A DNA stretch of 63,568 nucleotides, counting the filler, from Craspedostauros australis (Eukaryota): the NCBI GenBank assembly GCA_030167865.1. It is 9 parts of 9 records of this genome, joined end to end, with 100 filler letters (N's around TTAATTAATTAA, not from the genome) between each part and the next. Parts side by side here need not be neighbours in the genome. Positions count along the whole stretch, not along the records: positions 27,799 to 44,143 come from JALAGF010003314.1; positions 44,244 to 49,077 come from JALAGF010003315.1; 7 more parts are not named here. The stretch is one strand, 5' to 3'. The notes under the pieces are model-generated. The model was not told the DNA's origin, ran no database searches, and was given only the letters and a program-made list of their open reading frames with translations. A program made the position numbers and the translations under genes. Shown here piece by piece: positions 34,521 through 46,756 of this stretch (positions within the stretch are counted from its first letter, which is position 1; every line of letters starts with the position of its first letter).

Positions 34521-35133
34521 GGTGGCAGTGTTTTTCCTGTACGTCAAGGGTCTGAGTCTGCGGTACGGGTGAGGATGGTTGGTGTTGTCTTGGGACTCCG
34601 ATCAGGCAGCAAACACAAGGCAAGGGGTTGGTGTGACAATGGTGAGCCGTGCAGTGCCTGTTGTTGTCGCAGTTGGCGTTGTTGATGAAATCGCTGTTTG
34701 TTGTTTGACACATGCGCTCCGTTACCCCTTACTAAAAAGCGACGCATGTCCGTCGTCCGTCGAAAGGTTGTTTGGCCTTGTTATTCCGTTGAGTCAAAAT
34801 TCGACCGCTTCGATTTTCGTTTCGGTTTTTAGATAGATAAACGAATTTAGAGAGGGAAATGTTGACCCCAAGAAACACACGATACTGCAACGAAGTCTCA
34901 GTGGGCTACTCTACTCTGCTCTGATCTGCTCTGCTCTACTCTGTAATACATAAGAGTAGTAACAGTTCTGTTGCTTTGAGCTTCGAATAGTCTGACTATG
35001 TGGAGAGGAGTATGGTGGGATTGAGTGGCAATCCCACTCCACAAAGCAAGCACTCTTTGCATCCATAATTCTACCATGCATCGGCCGTATGCTCTCTCTC
35101 TCGCTCTACAAGTCATCCATCTTTGCACATCCA

Positions 35134-36267
35134 TCAGTGTTCAGTGGCCTTCTGAAGCTTCACCCCCAGAATCTCCCGAATGTTGCTGGCGCCGTCGTCG
35201 TAAACTTCGAGGATTTGAACGGATGCTGTCATGTCGTGACGACGGGCGTCATTCTGCAACGCAGTTTGGAACGCATCGGATCCACCGCCGACCCCGAAGT
35301 AGTACCTCTTATGAGCAACGTAGGCAACGCCAGACGAGACCACGAGGTGCTTCACGATCATGGACGCTGTATCCCCAGCTGCTTCGATGGAGTACGTGGT
35401 CTCTGCTGCGAGAATCACATCGTACAATCCATTCCTCGGGACACAAGGGGGATGATACGATCCATCACGCGTCATCGAGAGAAGATGATTCGACAGGGAC
35501 GTCCAATGGCCTGAACTCAAGGCGGCGTGCTGCGCAATCCAAGAAATGGACTCGGCCACATCACTGTCTTGGATCGAACCGTCGCGAATGTTCAGAACGA
35601 TGTTTGGAAGCGTGACTTCATCGATCACGAAACTGTTGAAGTCGCTGAAAGTCACGTTGGTCGCAACAGAGCTACCTTGCATACCTTTGGAGCCATCGTA
35701 GGCTCGTTTGAGGATCATGCAACCCGGCAGACCATGACCACAGCCAAGCTCCAGCACTTGACCGCGGATCGTGCCAGGACTTGCCTCAATATACCGACAA
35801 AGGTCCAAGCTGCACTCCCATACCTTCAATCCGCCTTCGTACGTGCCGGAGACAAGGTCAGAATTGGGAAAGTCCAAGGCAGCTGATGATGTCGATTCAT
35901 CGATCGTGAAAAGCGTGGTGGTGTGTGGAGGATCATTGCCGCTACCATCCGTGCGTTGTCGCAGAGGAATTGCCGCGCAGCGTATTTTCTTTGCTTCGTT
36001 GAAATGTTGGGCGAGCATGCTTTCTGAAATGGGATGCCAACGGAACCGATGGTCGTCGCCACCGCCATCGCCGCGATAGGCATTGTCATTATCGTCAGCA
36101 TCATGTTGTTTGACTTGCTGCGCAGTTTGTGACAATGCTGCACGTTGTTCCTCTCGTGGCTGGCTATGACTATGTTGTTTTGTTTCGATGCGGATATGCG
36201 CAGTTGATGACTGACCACCATCAGCATCGTCGTCAGTGATGAAATTGAATGAAAACCCAGCGTTCAT
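35134..36267 (-). CDS. METTL18: Histidine protein methyltransferase 1 homolog (METTL18/Hpm1 family)
   Basis: MNAGFSFNF start. Motifs YEGGLKVWECSLDL, VLELGCGHGLPG, YDVILAAETTYS, KRYYFGVGGG. Confidence 0.88.
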   Translation of the reverse strand: MNAGFSFNFITDDDADGGQSSTAHIRIETKQHSHSQPREEQRAALSQTAQQVKQHDADDNDNAYRGDGGGDDHRFRWHPISESMLAQHFNEAKKIRCAAIPLRQRTDGSGNDPPHTTTLFTIDESTSSAALDFPNSDLVSGTYEGGLKVWECSLDLCRYIEASPGTIRGQVLELGCGHGLPGCMILKRAYDGSKGMQGSSVATNVTFSDFNSFVIDEVTLPNIVLNIRDGSIQDSDVAESISWIAQHAALSSGHWTSLSNHLLSMTRDGSYHPPCVPRNGLYDVILAAETTYSIEAAGDTASMIVKHLVVSSGVAYVAHKRYYFGVGGGSDAFQTALQNDARRHDMTASVQILEVYDDGASNIREILGVKLQKATEH

Positions 36268-37135
36268 GATTTGTTCTGTGTTGATGGATGTTGCGAGTAC
36301 GCTCACTGTAACTCGTCTGTCCACCACGAGGCATGAACAGGGCTGTTGGCAAATGTGCAACTCTCTCTCTCTCTCTACTCTGCTCCACAATGCTTTGCTT
36401 TGGTCTGCTCCACTCTCTACTTTGATACTTGCCCATCAGCAGCCGCTCTTCCGGCTGTGTTGGTTTGTGATCATGGGCCACCAAGCGAGAAGCAAGAAGC
36501 GAGAAGTGGGACTTGTTGATCACGAATCGCGTTGCTGTGATGTGTGTGAGAATGGATGATCTACCAACACGAGCAGTCCAGAGCAGATGTCAGGAGCATC
36601 CCCAGAGAGTCACTTCAGCGCAGCACCCTGGAGGATTTGCGTTGGTAACTTTGCAGCTTCTGTCATCATTTCTGGATGAATCCACCCACACATCAGCGGG
36701 ACGAAAGAAGTGCCACTACCCACGGTACTTCTATTATGCAATACAATGCCTGATCTCACGTGCATTTCTGACTTGGTTGTTTAAGTTTAGCAAATTCTGT
36801 CCGTGGTGCGAGAAGATTCATGTATGATAGAGCACTCCAAGACCTTCCCAAACCAGAGGGCGACACGAGCCGAGACTCGAATTGTCTCCACACGATGTCA
36901 TCGAGGCGGTCCTTTCCGGAATGATGAACTCCACAATGGAGGGCGTCTATGTCATGAGTCCACATTTGTGAGAGAAGTGGGACCCTTCGGCGGGTGGGTA
37001 ACTTGTGGTTGCATCGTGACACGCACTGTTGAATTGGCATCCCCAAGCCACCCCCTTCGTCACATGATCCTTCGCTGTGAACCGATGCTGCATCTTCAGC
37101 ATATCCCATTCACCATGGTTGGACCAGCGGATCGC

Positions 37136-37366
37136 CTACTCGTCAGACTCCTTGGATTCTTCGGCAGCAGGCTCAGCGGCATCCTCGGCCTCGCCCTCAT
37201 CAGAGAAAGACAGGATGACCTTTCTTGTCATCTCGAGATCTTCCTCGGCGGACTTGGCTGGCTTGGCGGACAGCTGCGAGACGAAGGCCTTGCTGGAGAC
37301 GTGGGCTGGGGCGAAGGCGGAGGCCACGGCTGGGATGGCGAGGAGGATGGCGGCAGAGAGCTTCAT
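37136..37366 (-). CDS. Small plastid-targeted protein of unknown function (76 aa)
   Basis: Signal peptide followed by an exact ASAFAP motif and a transit peptide. GC3-rich codon usage. Acidic mature part. Confidence 0.82.
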   Translation of the reverse strand: MKLSAAILLAIPAVASAFAPAHVSSKAFVSQLSAKPAKSAEEDLEMTRKVILSFSDEGEAEDAAEPAAEESKESDE

Positions 37367-38350
37367 GTTGGACAGGCTGAGTTTTTCGGCACGAATATTG
37401 CGATGCGGAAGGAGGGTTGCGTTGCAGGTTTGCGGTTGACTTGGTTGCTGATGTTGTGATTGATTGGCAATTAGATGTCGGTTTTCATCTCCGGTCCGAG
37501 GGTTGGATCTGTTGTTGATGTGTGTCGCTTGTTGGGTGTGTTGGCATCATGGCTGCGAGTGTGTGTGATGTGCGTGTTCCTTGACCGCCTGTGGTGCGTC
37601 ACACAACCATCTGTATCTGACGACTTCGCGGATCTGAACGCTTTGACAGATGTCTGTCTACGACATAGAATGTAGAGTTAGTATTCTGGTCTACATATCA
37701 TGAATGTAGAAGCACACACATCGGCGCACAAGGTATTTCACCATCCTGCGCCAAACGTAACCATGATCACCCACTTATCATCCAAGAAGCGCGCAATAAG
37801 AAGTACCTTCACCTCCATCTTTGCGCACGCAGAATATGTACGTGTAGAGTATCTCCTCCTGCTTCGACCTTTGCGTTGATTCGATCCCTTGGGACAAGTC
37901 CCTGCAGCGATCAGCTGAACGTTCAGCCCCCTACTCACCAACAACGCAATAAGGAGATATAAGATACTCTCTCCAGAGAGAGAGACTGCGGCTGTGCGTA
38001 TCCAGAATTGTAATTATTCTCAACGAAGTAGAATGAGGTGCAGCCTCTACCATGCGGTAGAGGAGAAGTGTGCGTAACAAGGGGCTATTTTGACTTCTGG
38101 CCAATGATTCATTCCTATTCACCATGTTTGCGCTTGGCGCATTTGCGCATTTGTGGGTTCGTGGGCTTGTTCATCTGTACGCTTGTTCATTTGTTCATTT
38201 CTTCGTTTGCTCGTTTGTTCATTTGTGCATTGACGAACATGCACACATCCGCAAGTGCGGTCGTGTTGGACCGTTCACTCATTCATTCATTCACTCCACT
38301 ACACTCTTCTTTGACATGCTCTCCTCTTCTGTGTCGACCACTGTGTCTCT

Positions 38351-39010
38351 TCAGTCGTTGTAGTACTTGTCAAAGTCTTCCCGCGTTTGCTCGCTTGTTT
38401 GTACGACCTCGACATCGGTGTTTACGAATTCTTGCAGCTTCTCTTGAACCTCGTTGCTGCAAGATGACACCATTTCCTGCGTCACCCATTTGAAGTCGCA
38501 AACATCAAAGCCAAGGCCAAATACCTCCGCGAGTATGCAGTACTCGTACTCGTTGAGAATGGCGTGATCGTGAAGGCGACCGCACACCCAGGTTCCGCCC
38601 TTGACGGAGATCTGCAGCTGGTGTCCGTTTTGCACATCGGGCCCGAGCACCTTCTCCTCGATGGTCTTCGTGCTTGGATCGTACAGCAGATGGCGGAATG
38701 GCTGGCCGCCATGGTACAGCCGCACATGATCCGAGACCTGCACGACTATTTTGAGCATGGGCGATTCGATGGTTGGTACCCAGTAGATGCTGGTCAACGC
38801 ATTGCGTCTTGTGTCACCATCGGGGCGCGTTTTGCGGTCGGTCTCAACCAGATCCTTGGACGGGACCTCCACGTCGAAGTTGGTGTGGCCGCGGCTTGTC
38901 ATGGGCACGCTTCCGCTGCGGAAAGTCTCGAGGAAGAAGCCGCCTTCTGGATGCGGTATCAGGCCAAGCGCATCGACAGCATCCTTCGTTTTTGTCGGGA
39001 GGAGAGACAT
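38351..39010 (-). CDS. DUF985 (Cupin_5) family protein
   Basis: LGLIPHPEGGFFLETFRS, TSIYW, LGPDV..GHQLQISV.GG.W, GFDVCDF. Confidence 0.85.
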   Translation of the reverse strand: MSLLPTKTKDAVDALGLIPHPEGGFFLETFRSGSVPMTSRGHTNFDVEVPSKDLVETDRKTRPDGDTRRNALTSIYWVPTIESPMLKIVVQVSDHVRLYHGGQPFRHLLYDPSTKTIEEKVLGPDVQNGHQLQISVKGGTWVCGRLHDHAILNEYEYCILAEVFGLGFDVCDFKWVTQEMVSSCSNEVQEKLQEFVNTDVEVVQTSEQTREDFDKYYND

Positions 39011-39703
39011 GATGGCTATTCTCAAGTGTTGTCGTGAGCGCGCTGATGTCTGGACAACCAAATGGGGGAAATGGGAGTGTTTTTGTTGGCGAGGATGAGG
39101 ACGAAGATGGAACGCTGGAAGGGATCGCAACAGGGAGGGAGGGAGGGCGATGGTGATGTCTGTCTCTCTTGTCACTGGTTGCTCCGTTGATGGTGATGGG
39201 AAGAGGGGAGACAGGAGAGCTGGTCCGAAGATGTTCTCTCTCTGTCGTGACCGAAGGGAGGTTGCTGATGACGGATCTGAGTCACGCATTCAATCCTCAC
39301 AAAGATACCTTCGTGAACTGGATCGTCCCGCACAGACGCTGTCTGTTCCAACAACATGAAGGCGACACCGTACTGATGAAGCATCCTTTGCACTCTACAT
39401 GCCGTGGAAAATTAGCTTACAATGTTATGCGAGGAGTGCTACTCCATGAAAAGGTGGTCTCACTGCCCTATGTTCGAGTGCGTACCATAACGACCACCTT
39501 GGTTGTTTTGTGCATGTTCTGCGACGCTGACTTTTGCGACGATAGTGGCCATTGGGCATGATACTCGTGTGCTAGTATGGCCACCGCGTGGATTGGTCCG
39601 TCATACTCGTAGTCCGGCTAATGGCTTCGAATGACTGTGACAGTTGGAGTCAAGTGAAGGCGGCGTCTTATCTATTCTGTAGTCGTACGTATATTCTGCC
39701 TTG

Positions 39704-41118
39704 TCAATGATTTGTGAGCTTGACATGATGTGGTAGCAAAATATCCTTCATGAAGCGTTGAAGGATGTATCCCGTCAGCCCCTGCGAGAGTTACGAACAG
39801 TCGAAGCATGAAACATTGCATACAGTTCAAGAAAGTTAGATGAGGTAATGTGAGAGGAGGCGAGCATTGTGGAATATGCGTACGGTCGCTTGAATGGCAG
39901 CATCACGCTTTGCAAATCAACTCCTTGTCCAGGCCGCCCTCCGACACTTACCCAGATTGCGTATGGCCCGCCAATGAAGATGGGTGCATGATCCTCCTTG
40001 TGAATCCACTTGCTGCTGTCCAGCAGCGTGTGCACCGGCACCGTGAAGACTTCTGACACCTCATCCTTGTTGGGTTCGAGGCGCAAATCTCCCAGATCCT
40101 TCTGCAGGATGACCACCAACGGCGTGACGGCAACGCCGACGAGATGGTGCACATTCCCCCAGTTGCATCTCAGGACGCCCAGAACGTTGACTCCGGAAAA
40201 ACCGCTCGTGTTCTGCTCGAAGGGCAGACCGCCGATCTCTTCCCCCATCTCCCTCAAGCAGGTCTCGACGATGGTCTTGTCTTCGACGGAACAGAACATA
40301 CCACCGGGCAGACAGATCTCATCCGGGTGAGCACGCAATGACGCTGCCCGTTTCTCAAACAACAACGACGGCACTCCGTTGACATGGCACATGGCCAGCA
40401 CAACACCAGCCCGCTTGGAATGCGCCTGCGTGACACGCCGTGGCATCCTCATCAACGCCTTGCGGATGATCTCCAGCGACGTCCCCGTCAACGTCCGCGA
40501 CAGATCCAACCGGCGGATATCCTTGCGCTGTTGCAGCACCAGGTCGGGATGGAAGATGTCCAATGCCGCTTTGAGTCCTTCGACGTCGTTGTTCTGCGCG
40601 AGCTGCGCACAATGCTGCAGCACTTCCTCACGATCGCGCAAGGCGCTGGCCAAGCTCTTGACCGTGTAGTTCTCCGTGAGCAACCGCATGTCAATTTTTG
40701 GATCTTCATGCAGCACGCCCTGCTGCCGCGTTCTCATGCGCCCGCCTTGCAGTTCTTGCTTCTCGATGCGCTCCAGCAAACTGGAGAGATCGGAATCGCC
40801 AGGATTGCTGGCCACGTCGTCGTGCCATGCCACCGGATCGTGCGGATGACGTTGTTGCTGTTGTGGATGGCTGTCGTTGGCATCGGCCGCAATGACAACT
40901 CCATCATCGCTGTCATCGCCATCGACCGATCGCCAAATGAGTCTGTCGGAGGATGGCAGCGATTCGTTGCCACTGGATGGCGTTTGGTGCGATGAGTGGT
41001 GTCGCGAGAATCTCGCAGATTCGGCGCCAACTCGTCGATGCTGGTGCTGATGCTGGGAAAGGCACGACGAAGTTGGCAGAACTCGCCGACGCACTCCCAT
41101 CCACACTCTTGAAATCAT
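39704..41118 (-). CDS. Nudix hydrolase, CoA pyrophosphatase (NUDT7/8)-like, with long N-terminal extension; exons 41118-39952, 39781-39704
   Basis: LLFEKRAASLRAHPDEICLPGG...ETCLREMGEEIG and PNKDEVSEVFTVP. IW|GLTGYIL is restored by the GT-AG intron. Confidence 0.85.
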
Positions 41119-41876
41119 GGCGTCAACACTATGTAGAGCCGAGTCGAGTGTTCTCTCTCTCTCTCTCTCTCTCTCTAGTCTGCTTGTATCTGTGCCGCAG
41201 TTCCGTGGCTTGATCTCTCCTTCTCTCTGCTTCCAAATGCGGGCTCTCCGTAGGTATGTCCCTCTTTGTTGTTGGGGATGATAAGACTGTGGACCATGGC
41301 AGGTGAATGTCTCCATCACCAACAGCCCTCTCCAACCGCTGGCGATGTCGTTCGCGTTTTGGCAACAATGAAGAACCCACAAGTCAGCGTTGGAAAATGA
41401 GGAGAACTTTTCGGTCTCTTGGCATCGGCTTGATTGTGGCGCGTGATTCGCCACGGGATTGGTTACATGCGATTGAAGCAAGCCCTCAGATTCGATTCCG
41501 AAACGCGGCCGCATCTTCGATCTACGACCTCGGGGGCACGTGTACGCGTAGGAGCCACATAAGAGTATGGACCAGACACAATGGGACATTACCTGCACAT
41601 ACTGTACAATACGCGGATAGCAGATCAGAGTTGGGCCATGTGCAATGTTCTACTTCGTAATGCCAACATCTGCATCTAATATACTTGTATTATATGGTCA
41701 AGTAGCATGCCGACTTGTGTACGTAATACTCACAGATACTCGTATGCACGAGGTGAAAGCAGCATCTCTGCTGCGTGTTTTGGAGGATGTCACAACCTTG
41801 ATATAATACTTCCTGAGAGGATCAAATGCAGCACCATCCCCACACTCACACATCCACATGATGGGAGAGCACTGAT

Positions 41877-43410
41877 CTACTCAACCTTCCCGAGCTGGGC
41901 AGCCATGACAGCCATGACGGTCCACATTCTGTTCTCGGCTTCGGAAAAGACCAGCGACTGATCGCTGTAGATGACCTCGTCCGTGACCTCCTCCGGATGA
42001 CGCGGAAGGCAATGCAGGAAGACCGCGCCAGGGTTGGCCTTGCCCATCAGGTCATTGTTGACTTGGTAGCCGTCGAAGTCCTTGACGCGCTTGGCGTATT
42101 CCTCCTCCTGGCCCATGCTGACCCAGGTGTCGGTCACGACGACGTCGGCGCCCTTCACGGCATCAGCGGCGACGGTCGTGGTGGAAATGACGCCCCCGTT
42201 CTCAGCAGCGAGCTGCTTCGTCTTCTCCAAGATCTCGGCGTTTGGCTCGTATCCGGTGGGAGTGGCGATGTTGACGCTCATGCCCATCTTGGCGCAGCCC
42301 AGCATGAGATCGTGCAGGACGTTGTTGCCATCGCCGACCCATGCCAAGGTCTTGCCTTCCAAATCGGCGCCGAAATGCTGCTGCAACGCCATGATGTCCG
42401 CCAAGGTTTGGAGCGGGTGGTGCAAGTCGGAAAGTGCGTTGATGATGGGAACTGTGGAGTACTTGGCGAGCTCCTCGATGTCGCTGTGTGAGAACACGCG
42501 TGCCAAGACCAACGAATTGAATCTCGCCAGGACGGAGGCTGTATCACGCATGGATTCGTTGACGCCGAGCTGGATGTCAGATGGACCAAGGAACAGGGCG
42601 TGTCCACCAAGCAGTGCCATGCCAGTTTCCGTCGACACACGCGTTCGTGTGGATCTCTTTTGGAAGATCATGCTGACGGAGTCACCGTCGAGCGGTTTTG
42701 GATTTGGGTTGGACTTGTCGCTGTAGATGTCTTTGTACTTTTGCGACAGATTCAGGAGACCTTTCAGCTCATCGTTGCTGAGTCCAGCAATAGTGCAAAA
42801 ATGAAATATGGCAATGAACATGGACGTGGACATGAATATGAATGCGTGTGTGTTTGTGTGTGCACAAAGAGAGGTGTATGGAGTTGATATTGGCATAGGT
42901 GTCAATTCACAAGAGACAGAGATTCCGTAAGCATGTATTCATTCCGTGCATGCCGGCTGGATGGTATTATACCAATCAACTTCATGGCAAATGGACAACA
43001 GGTAGGACCGTGTGCTGTTGGGTGGCAGATACCAGATTGATCCTTCATTGGTCATGTGTGCGATCCCATACAATCCGTCAGCGACATCGGCATATCCACG
43101 TGCTTCCCATCCAATCATTCGGCCGTAGCTTCATTTGTTGGAGTATGGTATGTACCCCCTTCTGCTTCCAAATGACGCCGAGCCGCTCCTGATCCATCAG
43201 CGCATTTGATGGATCGATGGGGAGGAGGAACGTGTGCTTGCATTGAAAGATGCGAGACGCTGCGACTTACGTCAACTGGTCGATGGTCATGAAGTGCTCT
43301 CCCTTCAAAGTCGACAGAGTATCCGCCAGCGACGATGCATTGCGAGTCCGAGGCGACGCGAACTGTCGCTTGGCGATGGCGGTGAGGGACGATCGTGCGG
43401 ATGAGAACAT
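41877..43410 (-). CDS. OTC: Ornithine carbamoyltransferase with mitochondrial-type presequence (urea cycle); exons 43410-43271, 42777-41877
   Basis: FQKRSTRTR, HPLQTLAD, GDGNNV, TDTWVSMGQE, FLHCLPR, AENR. Exon 1 is MFSSARSSLTAIAKRQF...HFMTIDQL. Confidence 0.95.
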
Positions 43411-43602
43411 GGTGATTACGGAGGGATGCAGATGTGGCTTGAAGACTTTATGAAATGAAGGTGCCGTGTTGTGCAGTTGATCGTAAATGCAATCTGCAAA
43501 TGAAATTGCAGATTTTGTTTGTTGACGATGTGTGCGGTGCTTGAACTTGTGTGTTGTGATGCTTGAAGTTGTTACGCCGGGTTTGGAGTGGTTCGCAGTT
43601 CT

Positions 43603-43764
43603 TGTTGTTGTGTGTTGTTGTGTGTTGTTGTGTGTTGTTGTGTGTTGTTGTGTGTTGTTGTGTGTTGTTGTGTGTTGTTGTGTGTTGTTGTGTGTTGTTG
43701 TGTGTTGTTGTGTGTTGTTGTGTGTTGTTGTGTGTTGTTGTGTGTTGTTGTGTGTTGTTGTGTG
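43603..43764. repeat. Perfect 10-bp tandem repeat (TGTGTTGTTG)n, about 16 copies, upstream of OTC
   Basis: Read directly; (CAACAACACA)n on the OTC sense strand. Confidence 0.97.
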
Positions 43765-44243
43765 AGAAACGATGATGCAAAAACGTACGTGGGCAGAGAA
43801 GACGGTGACGATCGCTGTTCGCCATGCATCACGATGAACACAATCGCCTGCTCGACCGTTAAATGACCTTCAAAGATACCAGAATAGAGATACTGGAAAG
43901 TGTGTATTTGCATGAGACGGCGTGAGAGGTATTTGCACGCTATCCGTTGAAGCAATCCTCCTCGAAATCGCAGCGGAAGGCCTGCCCCACTCCACAACAA
44001 TGCGATGAACAACGCACAGGAGAGAGTATCCGCGAGCAGAGCAAAAGCACTATACCCTCCTATCCCTTCGTGGACCAGCCCTAAAGGATCTGTCAGAGCC
44101 ATTATAAAGCCTCCGTGTTAAATTTCTACAGCTTTTCCCTACCNNNNNNNNNNNNNNNNNNNNNNNNNNNNNNNNNNNNNNNNNNNNTTAATTAATTAAN
44201 NNNNNNNNNNNNNNNNNNNNNNNNNNNNNNNNNNNNNNNNNNN

Positions 44244-46756
44244 TCACAGCAACTGCCGTTGCGCTCCTTTGCGCTTCCAGCATCAACGCCTTCGTGCCAC
44301 AGAAGGCCGCACAGCCATTCGGAACGGGCATCCGATCTGCAGCCGTCGAAGACGCTGTCACCGCAAGAACCGGAAAGCCGACGGGAACATCCTTCCTTCC
44401 TGAAGAGACAGTCGAGAGAGCGAAGAAGGGCAACCCAACCGAGAAGGCCAAACTCGCCAAAGACCCAACCTCCGCATGGGTCGATGTGTACGAGTACGCA
44501 CGCAAGATCCGCGAGGGAGAGATGACATGGGAGGAAGTGGAGAAGGCTGACTTGGACACTGTAAGATCTTTCGCATCTTGGGAGCATTTTCCCATCCTCG
44601 TTGTGCCTCGCATTGGACGGCATCACCTTTCTTCATCTCATCATTCAAGCTGTTATGGTTTGGTTTGAGAGAAATTGGATGTGGCAGAATTGAGAATTGG
44701 TGCTGAGGATCGCAGCAGAGTGTCAAGAGAGGAGCATCGATGGTTGCCACCATGCTGTGACATGTGCCGTATCAACATGGCACCTACGACATGCGAACTC
44801 ATCATCTGCCGCTTTTGTGCTTTCCATACTGTCTTTGTGTCCCCCCTCTCTCGCTCTTTTCTCTCTCTCTCTCTGGTTGTGCGGCTGTTCCTTGGTGTCC
44901 CATCGATTTCGATATCTCGCGCACTTGAAATTGGCACATGCTCGTACGTATTCGGACACCATCACGCAACCACGCCATCACATCATCGCAACAACCACAG
45001 CGCCTGAAATATGTTGGAATGCTCCACCGTAACAAGCGCACACCAGGACAATTCATGATGCGCCTCAAGGTGCCAAATGGCATCGTCAATGCCGACCAAA
45101 TGCGATTCTACGCTGACTGCGTGGAGAAGTACGGAGAGGAGTACGGTGTCGTCGACATCACAACGCGTGCCAACATCCAGCTGCGTGGCGTCAAGATCGA
45201 GGATGCCGGTGACATTCTCGATGGGCTCCACGCGCGCAACCAGACGTCCATCCAATCTGCATTGGACAGCGTGCGCAACATGGTGGGAAGTCCATTGGCA
45301 GGCATCGATGACCAGGAGTTGGTCGACACTCGCGTTCTTTGCAACGCAGTCAATGACCTCATCAGCATGGATCCAGTGACCGAAACACGAGGCAACCCAC
45401 AGTGGGCCAACCTCCCGCGCAAGTTCAACATCGCCATCAGCGGATCCCGTGATGACTTTGCGCACACACACATCAACGACGTCGGCATGCAGCCATGCGC
45501 GCATGCCGAGACAGGAGAGATGGGCTTCAACATCGTGCTCGGTGGATTCATGTCCATCAAGCGCGTCGCCGAGTCCGTCGACTCCGGCATGTGGATCCCG
45601 GCCGATCGCGAGTCCGTGGTGACCTTCTGCGAGGCCATCCTGCGCATCTTCCGTGACGAGAGTGAGCGCAAGAACCGTCAGGCGGCCAGATTGATGTTTT
45701 TGGTTGAGAAGTACGGAGTGGAGGAGTTCAAGGCAGCCGTCATAAAGGAGGTCGAGAGCTACGGCCGCGGAGTGAAGGTCGAGGATCAGCAACCCCGCGA
45801 GACGGACGTGTTCGAGCGACGTGAGTTGTTGGGCGTGCACCCACAGAAACAGAAGGGCAAGGTCCGTGTCGGCGTCCACGTCCCAGCAGGCCGTCTGAGC
45901 CAGACCGAATGCCGTGATCTGGCCGACCTCGCAGACAAGTACTCTGCCGGAGAGATCCGCATGACTGTCGAGCAGAATCTGATCTTCCCCAACGTCGATG
46001 AGGGCAAGGTCAAGGAGATGCTTGCGGAGCCCGTGCTTGGCAAGGGATCCCGCATGTCTGCATCGCCAGGTTTCATTGAGGGCAACGTCGTGTCTTGTAC
46101 GGGAGCCCAGTTCTGTGGACTTGCATTGATCGAGACCAAGGGGAATGCTGAGGCCCTTTCCAAGAAGCTCGAGGATCTCGTGACGGTGGATCGTCCTATC
46201 CGCATCCATTGGACTGGATGGTAAGTGATTGCGGGCACTGTGTGTGGCACATAGATGGATGAATAATGAAAGACTGAATGTCTTGTTGTGTGGTGGTGCA
46301 CCCCTGTGATGGCCTGGCACTGGTTGCTTTCGTCGGTGGTGATCTCCTTGCTTCGCCAACTTGTTCACTCACGCTCATCATCACCTGATCGTACAAAACA
46401 CTTTGGCTCTTCGACATTGCAACAACGACGACGACAACAACATTAACAACAATGGCAAATACAGCCCAAACAGCTGCGGACAGGTCCAGGTCGCTGACAT
46501 TGGTATCATGGGTGGTCCTGCCAGAAAGGAGATCGATGGAAAGAAGATGGCCGTCCCAGGATGCAAGATCTTCGTCGGTGGTCGCATCGGAGAAGACGCG
46601 CACTTGGCGATGGAACCAGTCGCCTCCGGCATCCCGCTTGATGAGGAGGATTTGATCCCAACCCTCGTCGGTATTCTTGAGGAACACTTCGGTGCAAAGA
46701 AGAAGAGCAAGATGCGCAAGCTTGCCCGTAAGGTCTTCGGCCGCGAGAAGAAGTAG
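44244..46756 (+). CDS. NiR: Plastid ferredoxin-nitrite reductase, copy lacking only the first ~4 codons; exons <44244-44560, 45001-46220, 46465-46756
   Basis: Same sequence as the 27799-29814 copy. The final intron restores HWTGC|PNSCGQ (siroheme/4Fe-4S cysteines). Confidence 0.95.

Noticed and set aside
43448..44102. ORFs with HNNTQQHTTT or CCCVLLCVVV repeats
   Set aside because: Translations of the 10-bp tandem array
17407..46756. A nitrogen-metabolism supercluster (cyt b5, P5CR, NiR, OTC)
   Set aside because: P5CR and cyt b5 are on a different contig from NiR and OTC, and order across linkers is not evidence of linkage
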